DNA of 46,537 nt from an uncultured Candidatus Puniceispirillum sp. (GTDB lineage: Bacteria; Pseudomonadota; Alphaproteobacteria; Puniceispirillales; Puniceispirillaceae), in contig CAZYKI010000003.1 of NCBI GenBank assembly GCA_964648035.1, forward strand, positions 1 through 46,537. Reading direction: 5' to 3'. The position numbers and the translations under genes are program-made. Below, piece after piece: positions 28,935 to 38,371 of this stretch (its first letter is position 1; the number at the start of each line of letters is the position of its first letter). Under the pieces are notes generated by a model, which searched no databases, was not told the DNA's origin, and worked only from the letters and a program-made list of their open reading frames with translations.

Positions 28935-30293
28935 ATGGAATTGTGGGCCAAAACCGCCCTGACGGATGCCGGGTGGCAAAATCATGTAAAAGTTACCGTC
29001 AGCGACGGCGTCATAAGCAGTCTGGTGGCTGACCACCCCCCGACTGGCATGGATGTCGGTATATTGCTGCCAGCCCCTGTCAATCTGCATAGCCATGCCT
29101 TTCAACGCGCGATGGCCGGACTGACCGAAAAACGCGGGCCGGATGGAACTGACAGCTTTTGGACGTGGCGCCGCCTGATGTACCAGTTCTTGGCACAGCT
29201 GACGCCTGACCATGTCGAGGCGATCACCGCCTTTGCCCAGATGGAAATGCTTGAGGCCGGCTTCGCCCATGTCGGCGAGTTTCATTATTTACACCACCAA
29301 CCCGATGGTCGCCCTTATGCCAACTGCGCCGAAATGGCCAGCCGCGTGGCGGCAGCGGCCAACATCACCGGGATTGGCCTGACACTTCTGCCGGTCCTCT
29401 ACCAGCAAGCTGGTCCCGATGGCAGCCCGCTTGGTAACGGACAAAAAAGATTTGGCTGTACCAGCGATCAATTTTCACAATTGTTCGATGCCAGTTGCCG
29501 GGCCATCGCCCATTTGCCGCCAGATTGCCGTATCGGCGTGGCGCCCCATTCCCTGCGCGCGGTGACACCGGACGGATTGGCCGCCATTATCGATCAGGTG
29601 CCTGACCGGCCAATTCATATACATCTTGCCGAACAGCAAGCCGAAGTTGACGCTATCCGCGCGGCCTATGGCACAAGCCCCGGTCACTGGCTTCTTGACA
29701 ATATGCCGGTTGATCACCGCTGGTGCCTGATTCACGGCACGCGGCTTGACACTGAAGAGCTGACCGGCCTTGCCAAACGCGGCGCGGTTTTCGGCCTGTG
29801 CCCGATCACCGAATCAAGTCTTGGCGATGGCATTTTTGATTTGCCCGGCTGCATCGCTGCCAACGGGACATTCGGCATTGGCAGTGATTCAAATATACGC
29901 ATTGCGCTTGCCGAGGAATTACGAACCCTTGAATATGGGCAACGCCTTCGTGACCATAAACGGGTGATCATGACCGGAGACCAACGGTCGGCCGGGGCTG
30001 GTTTGTTTACGGCGGCGGTCGGTGGCGGCGCACAAGCCCTTGCCCAAGGCACCGGACATCTTGGTGCGGGTGCGCCGGCCAACATGCTGGCCCTTGATGA
30101 CAGCCTGGCCGATTTGGCCAATCGCGATGACGATCAGATTCTCGACAGTTTTGTTTTTTGTGGCGACAACCGGATGGTCCGGCATGTATGGTCGGCAGGC
30201 CGGCATGTGGTGCGTGACGGCCGGCATTTTGCACATGACAGTATCACCGCCACCTATCATAATGTGATGCAACAATTGATCACCGCCCTCTAG
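28935..30293 (+). CDS. hutF: Formimidoylglutamate deiminase
   Basis: NLHSHAFQRAMAG, DSFWTWR, EFHYLHH, APHSLRAV, HIHLAEQ and GSDSN. Confidence 0.92.
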   Translation: MELWAKTALTDAGWQNHVKVTVSDGVISSLVADHPPTGMDVGILLPAPVNLHSHAFQRAMAGLTEKRGPDGTDSFWTWRRLMYQFLAQLTPDHVEAITAFAQMEMLEAGFAHVGEFHYLHHQPDGRPYANCAEMASRVAAAANITGIGLTLLPVLYQQAGPDGSPLGNGQKRFGCTSDQFSQLFDASCRAIAHLPPDCRIGVAPHSLRAVTPDGLAAIIDQVPDRPIHIHLAEQQAEVDAIRAAYGTSPGHWLLDNMPVDHRWCLIHGTRLDTEELTGLAKRGAVFGLCPITESSLGDGIFDLPGCIAANGTFGIGSDSNIRIALAEELRTLEYGQRLRDHKRVIMTGDQRSAGAGLFTAAVGGGAQALAQGTGHLGAGAPANMLALDDSLADLANRDDDQILDSFVFCGDNRMVRHVWSAGRHVVRDGRHFAHDSITATYHNVMQQLITAL

Positions 30294-30346
30294 CCGACAG
30301 GCTGTCTTGGCACCATATCCAAAACAACAAACAACCGGACTTGTCG

Positions 30347-31564
30347 ATGACCGAAACGCCCCCATCACACCCTTTATTGTTCACCCCGATGAAATTGCGC
30401 GGCCTAGAGGTGCCAAACCGCATCATTGCCTCGCCGATGTGCCAATATTTGTCCGATGACGGGGCGCCGAATGACTGGCATGTGATGCATCTTGGCCGAT
30501 TGGCGATTGGCGGGTGCGGGATTGTGTTTGGCGAAGAAACCGCCGTTGAACCAGAGGGCCGGAAAACCTATGCCTGTGCCGGACTCTATAAACCCGGCCA
30601 TATCAAGGCCTATCAACGCCTGACCGATGTGATCAAGGCAAATGGCGCAATCCCGGCTATCCAGCTGGGCCATTCCGGCCGCAAGGGATCATGCCATGGG
30701 GCGATCGAAAACTGGCGGCCACTGGCCCCTGCCGATGCCGCCGATGGCATGCCGCCATGGCAGGTCATGGCCCCAACCGCCGATAACTGCCCGCCACGCC
30801 CGATCAAACCCAAGGAAATGGACCATGATGATATCAAGCATGTGATCGAAGCCTTCCGCACCGCCACCAAGATGAGCCTTGATGCCGGATACGATATTGT
30901 CGAGATTCACGGCGCACATGGTTATCTGATTCATCAGTTTTTGTCCTCTACCTCTAACCGGCGCACCGACGGCTATGGTGGCAGCCTTGAAAACCGGATG
31001 CGATTCGCGATTGAGGTTGCCGCGGTTGTGCGTGCCACATGGCCGCAAGACAAACCGGTTTTTTTCCGCTTATCCGCCGTTGACGGTAAGGGTGGTAGCT
31101 GGAATTTGGCTGAATCGATCGAACTGGCGAAGGCATTGAAACAGGTTGAGATCGATATTATCGATGTGTCGTCAGGCGGCGTTATGGGTGACAGCGATAT
31201 GCCGATGGTGCCACGCCTTCCAGCCTATCAGGTGGAATTTTCACATCGCATCCGCCACCAAGCCGGGGTACAAACCGTTGCTGTCGGCGGTATCACCAAA
31301 GCGGCGCAGGCCGAAACTATTTTGCAGCAAGGTCACGCCGATATGGTGGCACTGGCGCGCGAACTTTTGTGGAATGCCGATTGGCCGTCGCATGCGGCGC
31401 GCGACTTGGGGCTGGCCGACCCCTTTGCCTATCTTCCGGAAGGCTATGCCCACCGGCTACGGCTTCGCGAGAACCAGAAGGAAATGAAAATCAATCAAGA
31501 CCCGGAATTGATTGCGGCTAGCCTTAAATATTTTTTGGATGACACGCCAACCAGCAATGTCTGA
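30347..31564 (+). CDS. Old Yellow Enzyme family NADH:flavin oxidoreductase (YqjM/NamA-like)
   Basis: SPMCQY, IQLGHSGRK, HGAHGYLIHQFLS and NRRTDGYGGS. TTG 30341 is an alternative start. Confidence 0.9.
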   Translation: MTETPPSHPLLFTPMKLRGLEVPNRIIASPMCQYLSDDGAPNDWHVMHLGRLAIGGCGIVFGEETAVEPEGRKTYACAGLYKPGHIKAYQRLTDVIKANGAIPAIQLGHSGRKGSCHGAIENWRPLAPADAADGMPPWQVMAPTADNCPPRPIKPKEMDHDDIKHVIEAFRTATKMSLDAGYDIVEIHGAHGYLIHQFLSSTSNRRTDGYGGSLENRMRFAIEVAAVVRATWPQDKPVFFRLSAVDGKGGSWNLAESIELAKALKQVEIDIIDVSSGGVMGDSDMPMVPRLPAYQVEFSHRIRHQAGVQTVAVGGITKAAQAETILQQGHADMVALARELLWNADWPSHAARDLGLADPFAYLPEGYAHRLRLRENQKEMKINQDPELIAASLKYFLDDTPTSNV

Positions 31565-31599
31565 CCATAGTGGGCAATAGGCGCGGTATCTGACTTTAC

Positions 31600-32799
31600 C
31601 TAATCAGCTGCAGCGGCGATGAAAATCACCCCGTCAGCATCAAATTGACGCATCTCAGCGGCCGTAAAGCCAAGACTGGCAAGGCAGATTTCGGTATCGG
31701 CGCCAAGCTGCGGCGGGCTGTTTCTCAGATCTGCCGTTCGTCCCCCCAGCGATAGCGGCAAGGCGGGCAGCTTGGCTGTTGTGCCGTCAGGCATCACCGT
31801 ATCAAGAAGATAACCGCCCGCATTCAGATGCGGATCATCAAACAATTGTTCAGGCCGGGCAATATGGGCAAAAGGCAATGCAGCCGCCAGCGCCCTGTCG
31901 GTTACCGCGGCAAGGCTAAGGTCAGCTATCGTACGGGTGATGACCGGCATCAACCGTGGCCGGGCATCAATTCGTTGGTTGTTGGTGGCAAGGCTGTCAT
32001 CGGCCGCAAGGTCGGGCCGGTCAAACTGGTCACAAAACCGTTGCCAGTGACGATCCGAGGTAATGCCCAAAAACACCGTCTCATTGTCACTGGTGGTGAA
32101 TTTGTCATAGACCGCCCATGCCGATACACGCGCCGGCATCGGCGGCACCGGGCGGTCGGACTGGGCGGCATAGGCCAGATGCTGCCCCATCAAAAACATC
32201 GCACTTTCAAAAAGCGCCGATGTAACAAGCTGACCACGACCGGTGCTGGCCCGTTCCAGCAGCGCTGCCTGCACCCCGATCACACCAAAGGCACCACCCA
32301 TAATGTCAACCACCGACGCACCAGCCCGTAACGGCTGTCCTGGTGGCCCGGTCATATAGGCAAGGCCGCTCATCATCTGGACAACCTCATCAAGGGCGAT
32401 GCGCGCCTCATAGGGGCCGGGCAAAAACCCTTTCAGCGATAAATAAACAAGATGCGGAAACGCATCGCTGATTTGCGCATAGTCAAGGCCAAGCCGTTGC
32501 ATCGTACCGGGCCCGAAATTTTCGACAAGCACATCGCTGGTGGCCAGAAGGCGGCGCACAATATCGATACCGCGCGGGTCTTTCAGATTGATCGCCACGC
32601 TCTGCTTATTACGGTTAAAGAATGGGAAATAGCCGGTGCCAAAGCCTTTCAAACGGCGTGTTGGATCGCCCGAAACCGGCTCGATACGGATGACCTCGGC
32701 CCCTAAATCGCCAAGGATCAGACCAGCTGTCGGTCCCATGACCGTATGGCCAAAATCCAGCACCCGAAAGCCTGATAATGGCAAGGCACTCTTAGCCAT
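31600..32799 (-). CDS. Class III CoA-transferase (CaiB/BaiF)
   Basis: LSGFRVLDF, LGAEVIRIEP, NRNKQS, ENFGPG, catalytic Asp in SVVDIMG, and PPQLGADT. Confidence 0.92.
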   Translation of the reverse strand: MAKSALPLSGFRVLDFGHTVMGPTAGLILGDLGAEVIRIEPVSGDPTRRLKGFGTGYFPFFNRNKQSVAINLKDPRGIDIVRRLLATSDVLVENFGPGTMQRLGLDYAQISDAFPHLVYLSLKGFLPGPYEARIALDEVVQMMSGLAYMTGPPGQPLRAGASVVDIMGGAFGVIGVQAALLERASTGRGQLVTSALFESAMFLMGQHLAYAAQSDRPVPPMPARVSAWAVYDKFTTSDNETVFLGITSDRHWQRFCDQFDRPDLAADDSLATNNQRIDARPRLMPVITRTIADLSLAAVTDRALAAALPFAHIARPEQLFDDPHLNAGGYLLDTVMPDGTTAKLPALPLSLGGRTADLRNSPPQLGADTEICLASLGFTAAEMRQFDADGVIFIAAAAD

Positions 32800-34972
32800 G
32801 CAGCGCCCCGTTTTCATCACCCAGCCGGATCAGCGCATCAAGCCTGACAACCCCATCTGCCTGCACCAGAACCGGATTGATTTCGGCCTCGGCAATCGCG
32901 TCAAAGGCGGCCAGCTGCGACACCGACGCCACTAACCGCGCCAACGCATCAAGGTCACCAACCGGTCGCCCGCGATAGCCACGCAACAACGCAAAGCCCT
33001 TGACCTCGTCAAGCATCTGCCGCGCGGTTTGCACGCTGACCGGCGCTGGCCGTATGGCGACATCACGATAGATTTCAGCCATCACCCCACCGGCGCCAAC
33101 CGTCACAACCGGCCCGACAAGATTGTCCCGCCGAAACCCGACAAGCGCTTCTCCAAGCCCGGTGACCATCGGTTGAATCAACACACCGTCTATCTGGGCA
33201 TGCGGGGCAAGGCGCGCCACATGCGTCCGCATGGTGGCGATCGCCGTTTCCAGAGCATCACCGGTCATGATATTAAGGGTGACTGCCCCATATTCGGTTT
33301 TATGCGGCAAATCCGGCGATATCAGCTTGGCAACAACCGGATAGGCCACACCCGCGGCGTCCAACACCCTATCAAGATCGTCAGCCTTTAGCCCCTTGTC
33401 GGCGACCAAGACCGCGGGCGGCGCCGCGATGCCGAGACCGGTAAAAATGTCGCCGGCATCAACCTCGTCCAGAACCGCACCAGAGCTGTGCGCCGCAATC
33501 AGAGCGGCAATTTTTTGGGCCACATCCGGTGCCATGCGTTCCGGTTCATCATAGCCCATATCATCAGGGCCCATATCATCAGGGCCCATATCATCTGCCA
33601 AAAACAGGGCTATCGTGTCCGCCGCACTTTCGACCCCACCAAAGGCCGGAATACCCGCCGCCTGCAACATCGCCATTGATTCTGGGGCATGCGGCAATGG
33701 AAAGGCGGCGACCGGCGCCGCACCCGGATTTTCCGCAACCGCATCGATGATCGGCTTGACCGCCAATTCCGGATTGAATTGGGCGGATGATCCGATCGCC
33801 ACCACCAGCAAGCCGGTAGTCGCATCGGTAATCAATTGGGTGATCGCCGCTTTCATCACATCATATTGCGCCCCGGCAAGGGTGACATCGACCAGCTTGC
33901 CACTGCCAAAAGGGATATCATTCTGGCGGAAAAATTCGGCTGAGTCAGGGCCAAGCCCGGCCAATGCAACGCCGCGCAAACTCAATTGATCAACAAGCAT
34001 CGCCCCGCCGCCACCGGTCGTGGTCAACACCGTTGCCACCCGCGGCCTGTCGGCAAGACGTGGTTTTTGAAGCAGTAACGCCGGGGCTTCAAACAGGGCG
34101 TCAAGCTGGCTGACTTCGGCGATATGATGGTGCCGTAAAAAGGCCCCGACCGCCGCCGCCTCGCCGGTCAATGCACCGGTATGCGAGACCGACAAGGCTT
34201 GGCCTTCACGCGATTTCCCAAGCACATAGGCCACAACAGGTTTACCAAGACGCCGCGCAGCCGCCGCAAAACGGGCAAAAGCCGTGCTATTCCGCATCGT
34301 TTCAAGAAACAGCACAAACCCGTCAATATCCGGGTTGTCGACAAGGGTCAGCCCCACAGTGCCAACACAAGTTTGCGCCTCGTTTCCCAGCGACACAAAA
34401 TGCGAAAAGCCGATATTGCGGACCGTTCCGCGCGATAGCAAGGTGCCGATCAAGCTGCCACTATGCGACAACACCGCCAACCGCCCCGGCAACAGGCCAT
34501 TGGTTTTGAACGCGGCGTTGGTTGTGCAGACAAAGCCGGTACCGCTGTTGACCACCCCCATAGAGTTAGGGCCGATCAGCATAATGCCGGCCGCATTGGC
34601 CTTGGCAACCAAGCGGGCTTGCCGTGCCCGCCCCTCAGCGCCAGCTTCGGCAAACCCATCTGCCAGCACCGTGACCACTTTCACCCCGGCCGCAATGCAG
34701 TCATCAAGGGCGGCCTCGACTAGCCCGGTGCCAACCAACAGATAGGCATGGTCAACCGGCACCGGAATCGCAACAACCGACGGATAGGCGGTCTCGCCAA
34801 GCACCGTATCACGGCGCGGATTGACGATATAGATCTGCCCGGTAAAGCCATGTTGGCGGCAAAAGTGAAATGGCCGTCCCGATAATTTTCCGGCCCCGTC
34901 CGACACCCCGACCAGCGCCACCACACGGGGCGCGACCAACGGCGCGGCATGGGCCGATGCGATTGCCAACAT
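32792..34972 (-). CDS. ADP-forming acyl-CoA synthetase (acetate-CoA ligase family; CoA-binding, ligase and ATP-grasp domains)
   Basis: GFAE, GPNSMG, SHSG, SLGNE, SHTGAL (phospho-His), HKTE.G and EINP. GGAG RBS. Confidence 0.9.
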   Translation of the reverse strand: MLAIASAHAAPLVAPRVVALVGVSDGAGKLSGRPFHFCRQHGFTGQIYIVNPRRDTVLGETAYPSVVAIPVPVDHAYLLVGTGLVEAALDDCIAAGVKVVTVLADGFAEAGAEGRARQARLVAKANAAGIMLIGPNSMGVVNSGTGFVCTTNAAFKTNGLLPGRLAVLSHSGSLIGTLLSRGTVRNIGFSHFVSLGNEAQTCVGTVGLTLVDNPDIDGFVLFLETMRNSTAFARFAAAARRLGKPVVAYVLGKSREGQALSVSHTGALTGEAAAVGAFLRHHHIAEVSQLDALFEAPALLLQKPRLADRPRVATVLTTTGGGGAMLVDQLSLRGVALAGLGPDSAEFFRQNDIPFGSGKLVDVTLAGAQYDVMKAAITQLITDATTGLLVVAIGSSAQFNPELAVKPIIDAVAENPGAAPVAAFPLPHAPESMAMLQAAGIPAFGGVESAADTIALFLADDMGPDDMGPDDMGYDEPERMAPDVAQKIAALIAAHSSGAVLDEVDAGDIFTGLGIAAPPAVLVADKGLKADDLDRVLDAAGVAYPVVAKLISPDLPHKTEYGAVTLNIMTGDALETAIATMRTHVARLAPHAQIDGVLIQPMVTGLGEALVGFRRDNLVGPVVTVGAGGVMAEIYRDVAIRPAPVSVQTARQMLDEVKGFALLRGYRGRPVGDLDALARLVASVSQLAAFDAIAEAEINPVLVQADGVVRLDALIRLGDENGALHG
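33554..33595. repeat. 15-bp in-frame tandem repeat, 2.8 copies (GCCCATATCATCAGG)
   Basis: Read directly from the sequence. Encodes DDMGP-DDMGP-DDMG on the minus strand, in the ligase interdomain linker. Confidence 0.92.
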
Positions 34973-34976
34973 GGGC

Positions 34977-36155
34977 CTAGCTCCGGTCTTTCGGTGTGGT
35001 CGCCGGTCGGGCCGGACGCTGTGAAAACCGCCGGTCAAAGATACCTTCGGCGATCCGGTTTTTCAGAATTTCGATCGACCCGCCGGCAATCATCCATCCC
35101 CGCGTCCGGCGCATGCAATATTGCACGATATTATCCTCGCTGAACCCCAACGCGCCCATCACCTGCAAGGCCTCATTTGCCGCAAAAAACCCGGCCTCGT
35201 TGCAGGCGAGTTTGGCCAGCGCCGTGTCTTGGGCCGACGGCAAGCCCGTTTCGGCCTTGGCAACTGCCCGCATCAATAGCAACTGCGCCGATTCAAGACG
35301 CATATGCATATCGGCGAATTTCCACTGCAAGCCCTGAAATTCACATATATCGCGGCCAAATTGCCGGCGTGTTTGGGCGTGATCACGCGCCTCCAGAAAG
35401 GCTTTGCGCCCGACCGCCACCGCACGGGCCGCATTGCCAAGACGTTCAATGTTGAAGCCACTGATCTGTTTTTTGAAACCGCCCGGTCCAAGCAGGATAT
35501 TCGCCTTTGGGATCCGGCAGTCCTGAAAATAGAGGGGCGCCCATTCTTCGCCATTCATATAGCGGTATGCCGGACCAATCTCAAAACCGGCGGTGCCCTT
35601 TTCAATGATCGCCGAGCCAATCCCATCGGTGCCGGGGCCAAAGCGCAAATAGACCAGAAACAATTCGGCCTCGGCGCTGTTGGTGCCAAACACCTTGCTG
35701 CCATTCACCAGAAACCCGTCCCCATCTTCGGTCGCGGTGGTTTTCAATTCGGTTACGGACGAGCCGGCATCAGGTTCGGACATACCAACCGACATCACCC
35801 CCTTACCCGCCAAAAGCGGCGGCAGGTAGCGCGCCAATTGATCATCACTGGCATATTCGGCAAAGGTACGGATCGCCCCGAAATTGCCGGCCTGCACCAC
35901 GTCAGCGCTGCGTGGGCAGAATTCAGCCACCGCCTGTATCGCCAAAATCGCGTCGGTCAGGCTGCCGCCAATTCCGCCCTTTTCGGCCGGAATGGTGATA
36001 CCAAGCAATCCCATCTTGGCAAATTGTTCGGCCACATCCCACGGATAGCCGTCACTATGCGCACGCGCCACCGCACCGGCCGCCAATTCAGTGGCGGCAA
36101 AGCGGCGCACCGTATCGACAAAAATCTGCTGCTCTTCGCTGAGGTCAAACACCAT
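34977..36155 (-). CDS. Acyl-CoA dehydrogenase family protein
   Basis: MSEPDAGS, NGSK, NIER (G-helix Glu), RQFG, FQGLQWKFADM and IAGGSIEI. Confidence 0.9.
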   Translation of the reverse strand: MVFDLSEEQQIFVDTVRRFAATELAAGAVARAHSDGYPWDVAEQFAKMGLLGITIPAEKGGIGGSLTDAILAIQAVAEFCPRSADVVQAGNFGAIRTFAEYASDDQLARYLPPLLAGKGVMSVGMSEPDAGSSVTELKTTATEDGDGFLVNGSKVFGTNSAEAELFLVYLRFGPGTDGIGSAIIEKGTAGFEIGPAYRYMNGEEWAPLYFQDCRIPKANILLGPGGFKKQISGFNIERLGNAARAVAVGRKAFLEARDHAQTRRQFGRDICEFQGLQWKFADMHMRLESAQLLLMRAVAKAETGLPSAQDTALAKLACNEAGFFAANEALQVMGALGFSEDNIVQYCMRRTRGWMIAGGSIEILKNRIAEGIFDRRFSQRPARPATTPKDRS

Positions 36156-36158
36156 CTA

Positions 36159-37358
36159 TCAGGCTCCGTCTTCATAGAAAAACGCCGCACCAGACGCCGC
36201 CAAGTCAGCAATATCTTCGGCGCTGAATCCCGCCGCCACAAGGCCGTCACGCCCGCCCTCGCCAAGATGCGGCGGGGTCATCGCGGCGACCGGACTGGCC
36301 GAGGCAGGCGGCAAGCCAGCAAGGCGCGCCGCTGGCAGGGCGCCAAATTCGTCAATCTCGACCCAGCCAATTGACTCGCCCGCCTTGATTTGCGGGTCGG
36401 CAAAAAGATCATCATAATCATGGACCGGCGCATTCAAAATATCCGCCTTTGACAGCACATCGACCCAATGGGCGGTCGGTTTGGCCGCGATGAAGGGGGC
36501 CACCAGATCATTGATCGCCTCGGCATTGACCAGGCGTTTTTGTTCGCTGTCAAACCGCGGGTCAGCACGCCATTCCTCGGTGCCCAATATCGTACAAAGG
36601 GCAGAAAAATGGGCGTCACGCCGGGCATTCAGGCTAAGATAGCCGGTCGCCGTAGCAAAGGTGCCGACCGGCGCACCGACCGGCTGCACCGCCGACCCTT
36701 CAAACACCTGCGCGACAAGACGCGATTCCTGAAACGCCATGGCGCTGTCCAAAAGGCTGGTTTCGATATGGGTCCCGTTGCCGGTGGTGGCGCGGTGATA
36801 AAGAGCGGCAAACACCGCTTGGGTCAGATAGAGGCCGGTCGAATAATCAATCGCCAGCATGCTGATCCGGCGGGGCAGCCCCGCTTTATCGCGGTTAATT
36901 GACATCAGGCCGGTATAGCCCTGCATAACTGTGTCGGTGGCTGGCATCATGCGGTTTGGCCCTGTTGTCCCGAAACCGGTGACCGATGCATAGACAACCG
37001 TTGGGTTGACCGCGGCCACCGCCGCGTAATCAATCCCCAGCCGGGCGGTCACATTGGGACGATAATTTTCAATGATCACATCAGCCTGACTGGCAAGCCG
37101 AAATGCCGCCTCGCGTCCGCCGGGCGATTTCATATCCAGGGCAAGGCTTTTCTTGCCACGATTCAGGATAATCGACTCGGCCGAAAAATCGCCCTTGCTG
37201 ACCCCAAGACTGCGGCACCAATCCCCCTTGCCCGGCGGTTCAACCTTCAGAACATCGGCACCATGGCGCGCCAGCAACAACCCGCAATAGGGCGCGGCAA
37301 CACCTTGTGCAAACTCAACCACCCGTAACCCGTCAAACGCCGCCGTCATCGACATCAT
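36159..37358 (-). CDS. Class III CoA-transferase (CaiB/BaiF)
   Basis: DGLRVVEF, GADVLKVEPP, NRGKKS, ENYRP and catalytic Asp in AIDYSTG. Confidence 0.92.
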   Translation of the reverse strand: MMSMTAAFDGLRVVEFAQGVAAPYCGLLLARHGADVLKVEPPGKGDWCRSLGVSKGDFSAESIILNRGKKSLALDMKSPGGREAAFRLASQADVIIENYRPNVTARLGIDYAAVAAVNPTVVYASVTGFGTTGPNRMMPATDTVMQGYTGLMSINRDKAGLPRRISMLAIDYSTGLYLTQAVFAALYHRATTGNGTHIETSLLDSAMAFQESRLVAQVFEGSAVQPVGAPVGTFATATGYLSLNARRDAHFSALCTILGTEEWRADPRFDSEQKRLVNAEAINDLVAPFIAAKPTAHWVDVLSKADILNAPVHDYDDLFADPQIKAGESIGWVEIDEFGALPAARLAGLPPASASPVAAMTPPHLGEGGRDGLVAAGFSAEDIADLAASGAAFFYEDGA

Positions 37359-37359
37359 C

Positions 37360-38148
37360 CTATTTCGCCGTTTTATTCAAAAAGGCGTTCACCGCGTCAT
37401 GATGCTCATCACTGGCATAGCAGATGGATTGCGCCTCGGACCCCAGCGCAAACACCGTTTCAAGCGGCATATCAATCGACCGGTTGACAATTGATTTCGC
37501 CAGAGCAATGGCCGCCGGCGGGCCGACAGCCAAATCCGCGGCCCACGCCACCGCATCATCCAGCAACGGGCCTGTAGCCAGCCGGTCAGCCAAACCTATC
37601 GCCAGCGCCTCGTCCGGCTTGACCGAACGCGCGCTGAAAATCAGCTCTTTGGCACGAACCGACCCAACCCGTCGCGGCAGAAAATACAGGCCACCACCAT
37701 CCGGAATCAGACCGCGTTTCAAATAGGCCATGGTAAAGCTGGCCTCTGGCCCGGCCATGATAAAGTCGCAGGCCAAGGCCAGATCACATCCAAGTCCCGA
37801 TGCCGCCCCGTTCACCGCCGCAATCACCGGCTTGTCGATATGATAGATCGTACTGATCAGGCGGTGTGTTTGCTTTTGCCGGCGCCAGCCATTAAACCCG
37901 ACCTTGCCACGCGGTGCGTCTAGCCGGGCCCGCATCCCCGCAATGTCGCCGCCGGCACAAAACACCGATCCCGCCCCGGTCAATACCACCGCCCGAACCC
38001 TATCGTCACCATTCACCCGATCCAGCGCATCAATCACCTGATGACGCATATCGTCATTGATTGCATTGCGCTTATCCGGCCGGTTCAGGGTAACAATCGC
38101 AACAGCATCGCGGGTTTCAGTTTTAACCATAGACAAGAGATCGGTCAT
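37360..38148 (-). CDS. Enoyl-CoA hydratase/isomerase (crotonase) family, PaaG-like
   Basis: LNRPDKRNA, FCAGGD, KPVIAAVNG and GLIPDGG. Start moved to ATG 38148. Confidence 0.9.
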   Translation of the reverse strand: MTDLLSMVKTETRDAVAIVTLNRPDKRNAINDDMRHQVIDALDRVNGDDRVRAVVLTGAGSVFCAGGDIAGMRARLDAPRGKVGFNGWRRQKQTHRLISTIYHIDKPVIAAVNGAASGLGCDLALACDFIMAGPEASFTMAYLKRGLIPDGGGLYFLPRRVGSVRAKELIFSARSVKPDEALAIGLADRLATGPLLDDAVAWAADLAVGPPAAIALAKSIVNRSIDMPLETVFALGSEAQSICYASDEHHDAVNAFLNKTAK

Positions 38149-38371
38149 AACGAACTTCCAAAAAATTGGTGGATAAATAAAGCCGGACGGCGGGACGATC
38201 ACATCCCACGCCAAGTCTGGTATGAAATGACCGGCCATGCAACCGGCTTTACGGCAAAACCACACCACGCATGGCGATATTTATCGTCGCCAGACGGGTA
38301 TTTTGGTCTTGCCGTGTTGCCATTCTGTTGGAACAATGACCTCTCGTTGTTATCCCAGATACCTGTTATCC

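Noticed and set aside
33554-33595. CRISPR-like repeat
   Set aside because: The repeats are contiguous, have no spacers, lie in frame within a CDS, and there are no cas genes.
35304-36374. 356-aa plus-strand ORF
   Set aside because: Antisense to the well-supported ACAD and CoA-transferase genes, with no family motifs.
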